NCBI GenBank assembly: GCA_964016885.1
Contig: OZ024744.1
Location: 114,328,001 to 114,392,000, forward strand
Direction of reading: 5' to 3'
Length of the DNA: 64,000 nucleotides
DNA from: Eledone cirrhosa
Taxonomy: Eukaryota
Of the stretch, positions 56,601-64,000 are shown in pieces. The position numbers and the translations under genes are program-made. The first letter of the stretch is position 1. Every line of letters starts with the position of its first letter. The notes under the pieces are model-generated. The model did no database searches and was not told where the DNA came from. It was given only the letters and a program-made list of their open reading frames with translations.

Positions 56601-59600
56601 TCACAACACTGAAACACAAGCCACACAACACTACACAATCACCTCATAACACTGAAACACAAGCCACACAACACTACACAATCACCTCACAACACTGAAA
56701 CACAAGCCACACAACACTACACAATCACCTCACAACAATGAAACACAAGCCACACAACGCTACACAATCACCTCACAACACTGAAACACAAGCCACACAA
56801 CACTACACAATCACCTCACAACACTGAAACACAAGCCACACAACGCTACACAATCACCTCACAACACTGAAACACAAGTTGTACAACACTACACAATCAC
56901 TTCACAACACTGAAACACAAGCCACACAACACTACACAATCACCTCACAACACTGAAACACAAGCCATACAATACTGAAACACAAGCCACACAACAGTAC
57001 ACAATCACCTCATAACACTGAAACACAAGTTACACAACACTATGCAATCACTTCACGACACTACACAATCACCGCACAACACTGAAACACAAGCCACACA
57101 ACACTACACAATCACCTCACAACACTGAAACACAAGCCACACAACACTACACAATCACCTCACAACACTGAAACACAAGCCACACAACACTACACAATCA
57201 CCTCATAACACTGAAACACAAGCCACACAACACTACACAATCACCTCACAACACTGAAACACAAGCCACACAACACTACACAATCACCTCACAACAATGA
57301 AACACAAGCCACACAACGCTACACAATCACCTCACAACACTGAAACACAAGCCACACAACACTACACAATCACCTCATAACACTGAAACACAAGCCACAC
57401 AACGCTACACAATCACCTCACAATACTGAAACACAAGCCACACAACACTACACAATCACCTCACAACACTGAAACACAAGCCACACAACACTACACAATC
57501 ACCTCACAACACTGAAACACAAGCCACACAATGCTACACAATCACCTCATAACACTGAAACACAAGCCACACAACACTACACAATCACCTCACAACACTG
57601 AAACACAAGTCACACAACACTACACAATCACCTCACAACACTGAAACACAAGCCACACAACACTACACAATCACCTCATAACACTGAAACACAAGCCACA
57701 CAACACTACACAATCACCTCACAACACTGAAACACAAGCTACACAACACTACACAATCACCTCACAACACTGAAACACAAGCCACACAATGCTACACAAT
57801 CACCTCATAACACTGAAACACAAGCCACACAACACTACACAATCACCTCACAACACTGAAACACAAGCCACACAACACTACACAATCACCTCACAACACT
57901 GAAACACAAGCCACACAATGCTACACAATCACCTCACAACACTGAAACACAAGCCACACAATGCTACACAATCACCTCATAACACTGAAACACAAGCCAC
58001 ACAACACTACACAATCACCTCACAACACTGAAACACAAGCCACACAATGCTACACAATCACCTCATAACACTGAAACACAAGCCACACAACACTACACAA
58101 TCACCTCACAACACTGAAACACAAGCCACACAACACTACACAATCACCTCACAACACTGAAACACAAGCCACACAATGCTACACAATCACCTCACAACAC
58201 TGAAACACAAGCCACACAATGCTACACAATCACCTCATAACACTGAAACACAAGCCACACAACACTACACAATCACCTCACAACATTGAAACACAAGCCA
58301 CACAACACTACACAATCACCTCATAACACTGAAACACAAGCCACACAACACTACACAATCACCTCACAACACTGAAACACAAGCCACACAACACTACACA
58401 ATCACCTCATAACACTGAAACACAAGCCACACAACACTACACAATCACCTCACAACACTGAAACACAAGCCACACAACACTACACAATCACCTCACAACA
58501 CTGAAACACAAGCCACACAATGCTACACGATCACCTCACAACACTGAAACACAAGCCACACAACGCTACACAATCACCTCACAACACTGAAACACAAGCC
58601 ACACAACACTACACAATCACCTCACAACACTGAAACACAAGCCACACAATGCTACACGATCACCTCACAACACTGAAACACAAGCCACACAACACTACAC
58701 AATCACCTCACAACACTGAAACACAAGCCACACAATACTACACAATCACCTCATAACACTGAAACACAAGCCACACAACACTACACAATCACCTCACAAC
58801 ACTGAAACACAAGCCACACAACACTACACAATCACCTCACAACACTGAAACACAAGCCACACAATGCTACACAATCACCTCATAACACTGAAACACAAGC
58901 CACACAACACTACACAATCACCTCATAACACTGAAACACAAGCCACACAACACTACACGATCACCCCACAACACTGAAACACAAGCCACACAACACTACA
59001 CAATCACCTCACAACACTGAAACACAAGCCACACAACACTACACAATCACCTCACAACACTGAAACACAAGCCACACAACACTACACAATCACCTGACAA
59101 CACTGAAACACAAGCCACACAATGCTACACAATCACCTCACAACACTGAAACACAAGCCACACAACACTACACAATCACCTCACAACACTGAAACACAAG
59201 CCACACAACGCTACACGATCACCTCACAACACTGAAACACAAGCCACACAACGCTACACAATCACCTCACAACACTGAAATACAAGTTACACAACACTAC
59301 ACAATCACTTCACAACACTGAAACACAAGCCACACAACACTACACAATCACCTCACAACACTGAAACACAAGTTACACAACACTACACAATCACCTCATA
59401 ACACTGAAACACAAGCCACACAACACTACACAATCACCTCACAACACTGAAACACAAGCCACACAACACTACACAATCACCTCATAACACTGAAACACAA
59501 GCCACACAACGCTACACAATCACCTCACAACACTGAAACACAAGCCACACAATGCTACACAATCACCTTACAACACTGAAACACAAGCCACACAACACTG

Positions 59601-61005
59601 AAACACAAGCCACACAACACTACACAATCACCTCACAACACTGAAACACAAGCCACACAATGCTACACGATCACCTCACAACACTGAAACACAAGCCACA
59701 CAACGCTACACAATCACCTCACAACACTGAAACACAAGCCACACAACGCTACACAATCACCTCACAACACTGAAACACAAGCCACACAACACTACACAAT
59801 CACCTCACAACACTGAAACACAAGCCACACAATGCTACACGATCACCTCACAACACTGAAACACAAGCCACACAACGCTACACAATCACCTCACAACACT
59901 GAAACACAAGCCACACAACGCTACACAATCACCTCACAACACTGAAACACAAGCCACACAACACTACACAATCACCTCACAACACTGAAACACAAGCCAC
60001 ACAATGCTACACGATCACCTCACAACACTGAAACACAAGCCACACAACGCTACACAATCACCTCACAACACTGAAACACAAGCCACACAACGCTACACAA
60101 TCACCTCACAACACTGAAACACAAGCCACACAACGCTACACAATCACCTCACAACACTGAAACACAAGCCACACAATGCTACACAATCACCTCACAACAC
60201 TGAAACACAAGCCACACAACACTGAAACACAAGCCACACAACACTACACAATCACCTCACAACACTGAAACACAAGCCACACAACACTGAAACACAAGCC
60301 ACACAACACTACACAATCACCTCACAACACAGAAACACAAGCCACACAATGCTACACGATCACCTCACAACACTGAAACACAAGCCACACAACACTACAC
60401 AATCACCTCACAACACTGAAACACAAGCCACACAACACTACACAATCACCTCACAACACTGAAACACAAGCCACACAACACTACACAATCACCTCACAAC
60501 ACTGAAACACAAGCCACACAATGCTACACAATCACCTCACAACACTGAAACACAAGCCACACAACACTACACCATCACCTCATAACACTGAAACACAAGC
60601 CACACAACACTGAAACACAAGCCACACAACACTACACCATCACCTCATAACACTGAAACACAAGCCACACAACACTGAAACACAAGCCACACAACACTGA
60701 AACACAAGCCACACAACACTACACCATCACCTCATAACACTGAAACACAAGCCACACAACACTGAAACACAAGCCACACAACACTGAAACACAAGCCACA
60801 CAACACTGAAACACAAGCCACACAACACTACACGATCACCCCACAACACTGAAACACAAGCCACACAACACTACACAATCACCTCACAACACTGAAACAC
60901 AAGCCTCACAACACTACACAATCACCTCACAACACTGAAACACAAGCCACACAACACTACACAATCACCTCACAACACTGAAACACAAGCCACACAATGC
61001 TACAT
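53657..61005. repeat. 43-bp minisatellite (22+21-bp related subunits), ~170 copies
   Basis: Unit ACAACACTGAAACACAAGCCAC + ACAACACTACACAATCACCTC; runs of the 22-mer alone also occur. Confidence 0.98.
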
Positions 61006-61075
61006 AATATAGCTAAATAATTTAGATGAATAAATGTTTGCAAACTTCTTTCACCTCCACTACATGACAGAAGTA

Positions 61076-61205
61076 ATAAAAATTGTTTCTACATTTGGCA
61101 CAGGGCCAGCCATTACCCAGTGCATTACTGGTACTTTATTTTATCGACCCCCGTAAGGATGAAAGGCAAAGTTAACCTCAGCAGAATTTGAACTCAGAAC
61201 GTATC
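61076..61205 (-). mobile_element. tRNA-derived SINE, 5'-truncated
   Basis: Same family as 41868-42050; B box gagttcaaattc and central domain present. Confidence 0.8.
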
Positions 61206-61410
61206 AGATTTTATGGGCAAAACCAACCGGCAGGAGACCCAAGGGTAGAACCTGAGTAAGATGGTTGGATAACATCTATGAGCTCGGCTGGTCTCACTTG
61301 GGGATCCAGCTGGATCAGTTGGAGAGGGTTGCTTCTGACAGGACCTGCTGCAAGGAGTGTTTTGGGGGGATTTTGACTACACGAACCCCCTCAGGAATAA
61401 GTAGGCAGAT
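61206..61410 (+). mobile_element. 3' fragment of a different non-LTR (RTE-like) element
   Basis: QIFMGKTNRQ / AKPTGRRPKGR..RWLDNIYELGWSHLGIQLDQLERVASDR resembles the GRRPxGRP..RWxD..A.DR C-terminus of RTE ORFs. Confidence 0.55.
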
Positions 61411-61585
61411 AAAGAGGAGGGGTAACAGGAGGAGAGGGAGGAGGAGAATTGGGGGAGGGAGACAAAGTGGAGAAGGGAGAGGAAGAGGAAGTGGTGGAGG
61501 AGGAGCAGATGGAAGATGAGGAGGGATAGGAAGGGTAGAAGGAGGAGGAGGAGGAGGTAAGAAGAAGAAGAAGAAGAAGACATAC

Positions 61586-61797
61586 TCTTAGCAGATATTT
61601 ATAGGCTTCCTTGGTGATAGCATCGGCTTTATCTCCACCATACCAGAGTGGAATACTGCTGGCATCATCTTCTTCAAAGAAAGCTTCAGGGAAGTTGTAT
61701 AATGCAATGAAGACGAATTCACCATTACACATTCCCATATTGTAGGCATTTACCATAATTCTTCGAAGATAAGGTTTCATTGCACTAACAACAACAA
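61586..61797 (-). CDS. Exon 1 of 4 seen (internal): receptor guanylyl cyclase / natriuretic peptide receptor-like ectodomain
   Basis: Acceptor atttatctttcag; VVVSAMKPYLRRIMVNAYNMGMCNGEFVFIALYNF..PLWYGGDKADAITKEAYKYLLR; donor gtatgt. R.IM..A...GM.NGE.VF and W..GD..D...KEAY are typical of NPR/rGC ectodomains. Confidence 0.9.
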
Positions 61798-61867
61798 CTG
61801 AAAGATAAATCGACAAAAAAAATATTTTAGACAAAAAATTGGCTACTTGAGACATTTAATTACATAA

Positions 61868-64000
61868 GTTAAGGTGTTCACTTCACAACATAGGTGTAGG
61901 TATGGCTGTGTTAAGGTGTTTACTTCACAACATAGGTGTAGGTATGGCTGTGTTGTTAAGGTGTTCACTTCACAACATAAGTGTAGACATGGCTGTGTTG
62001 TTAAGGTGTTCACTTCACAACATAGGTGTAGGTATGGCTGTGTTGTTAAGGTGTTCACTTCACAACATAGGTGTAGGTATGGCTGTGTTGTTAAGGCGTT
62101 CACTTCACAATATGTGTAGGTATGGCTGTGTTGTTGAGGTGTTCACTTCACAACATAGGTGTAGGTATGGCTGGGTTGTTAAGGTGTTCCCTTCACAACA
62201 TAGGTGTAGACATGGCTGTGTTGTTAAGGTGTTCACTTCACAACATAGGTGTAGGTATGGCTGTGTTGTTAAGGTGTTCACTTCACAACATAGGTGTAGG
62301 TATGGCTGTGTTGTTAAGGTGTTCACTTCACAACATAGGTATAGGTATGTCTGTGTTAAGGTGTTCACTTCACAACATAGGTGTAGACATGGCTGTGTTG
62401 TTAAGGTGTTCACTCCACAACATAGGTGTAGGTATGGCTGTGTTGTTTAGGTGTTCACTTCACAACATAGGGGTAGGTATGGCTGTGTTGTTAAGGGGTT
62501 CACTTCACAACATAGGTGTAGGTATGGCTGTGTTGTTAAGGTGTTCACTTCACAACATAGGTGTAGGTATGGCTGTGTTGTTAAGGTGTTCACTTCACAA
62601 CATAGGGGTAGGTATGGCTGTGTTGTTAAGGTGTTCACTTCACAACATAGGGGTAGGTATGGCTGTGTTGTTAAGGTGTTCACTTCACAACATAGGGGTA
62701 GGTATGGCTGTGTTGTTAAGGTGTTCACTTCACAACATAGGTATAGGTATGTCTGTGTTAAGGTGTTCACTTCACAACATAGGTGTAGACATGGCTGTGT
62801 TGTTAAGGTGTTCACTCCACAACATAGGTGTAGGTATGGCTGTGTTGTAAAGGTGTTCACTTCACAACATAGGTGTAGGTATGGCTGTGTTGTAAAGGTG
62901 TTCACTTCCCAACATAGATGTATGTATGGCTGTGTTGTTAAGGTGTTCACTTCACAACATAGGTGTAGACATGGCTGTGTTGTTAAGGTGTTCACTTCCC
63001 AACATAGGTGTAGACATGGCTGTGTTGTAAAGGTGTTCTCTTCCCAACATAGGTGTAGGTATGGCTGTGTTGTAAAGGTGTTCACTTCCCAACATAGGTG
63101 TATGTATGGCTGTGTTGTAAAGGTGTTTACTTCACAACATAGGTGTAGACATGGCTGTGTTGTTAAGGTGTCACTTCACAACATAGGTGTAGGTATGGCT
63201 GTGTTAAGGTGTTCACTTCACAACATAGGTGTAGGTATGGCTGTGTTGTTAAGGTGTTCACTTCACAACATAGGTGTAGGTATGTCTGTGTGTTAAGGTG
63301 TTCACTTCACAACATAGGTGTAGGTATGGCTATGTTAAGGTGTTTACTTCACAACATAGGTGTAGACATGGCTGTGTTGTTAAGGTGTTCACTTCACAAC
63401 ATAGGTGTAGACATAGCTATGTCGTTAAGGTGTCACTTCACAACATAGGTGTAGACATGGCTGTGTTGTTAAGGTGTTTACTTCACAACATAGGCGTAGA
63501 CATGGCTGTGTTGTAAAGGTGTTCACTTCACAACATAGGTGTAGACATGGCTGTGTTGTAAAGGTGTTCACTTCACAACATAGGTGTAGGTATGGCTGTG
63601 TTGTTAAGGGGTTCACTTCACAACATAGGTGTAGGTATGGCTGTGTTGTTAAGGTGTTCACTTCACAACATAGGTGTAGGTATGGCTGTGTTGTTAATGT
63701 GTTCACTTCACAACATAGGTGTAGGTATGGCTGTGTTGTTAAGGTGTTCACTTCACAACATAGGGGTAGGTATGGCTGTGTTGTTAAGGTGTTCACTTCA
63801 CAACATAGGTGTAGGTATAGCTGTGTTGTTAAAGAGTTCACTTCACAACATAGGTGTAGGTATGGCTGTGTTGTTAAGGTGTTCACTTCACAACATAGGT
63901 GTAGGTATGGCTGTGTTGTTAAGTGTACACTTCACAACATAGGTGTAGACATGGCTGTATTGTTAAGGTGTTTACTTCACAACATAGGTGTAGGTATGGC
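61868..64000. repeat. 45-bp minisatellite GTTAAGGTGTTCACTTCACAACATAGGTGTAGGTATGGCTGTGTT, runs off the window
   Basis: Directly visible; 42-bp variants are present. Confidence 0.98.

Noticed and set aside
61843-63942. 15-aa Cys/His repeat ORFs on both strands
   Set aside because: Translations of the 45-bp minisatellite, with frequent frameshifts and several frames open.

Overview
Repeat-rich animal genomic DNA. The SINE, RTE and Penelope families look like those of octopus or other coleoid cephalopods, which is an inference from recognition, not a database result. About 70% of the window is minisatellite: a 30 kb array of a 24-bp unit (970-31305) plus 14-, 47-, 12-, 43- and 45-bp arrays. All the giant ORFs are artefacts of these arrays. 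The only host gene found is on the minus strand: four in-phase GT-AG exons (61797-61586, 53227-53123, 44112-43977, 38053-37923) encoding the C-terminal half of an ANF-receptor (periplasmic-binding-fold) ectodomain of a natriuretic-peptide-receptor / receptor guanylyl cyclase-like protein. The introns hold decayed RTE LINEs, Penelope-like retroelement fragments, tRNA-derived SINEs, MITE/foldback elements, and a young 2 kb non-autonomous LTR element (paired LTRs, tRNA-Trp-type PBS, PPT, 4-bp TSD) nested in an RTE. The most interesting signal is a well-formed type I hammerhead ribozyme motif (GUC site, long stem I) at 33205-33254 on the gene's sense strand. A second, minimal hammerhead lies about 190 nt downstream of it, and three more degenerate hammerhead remnants occur elsewhere.
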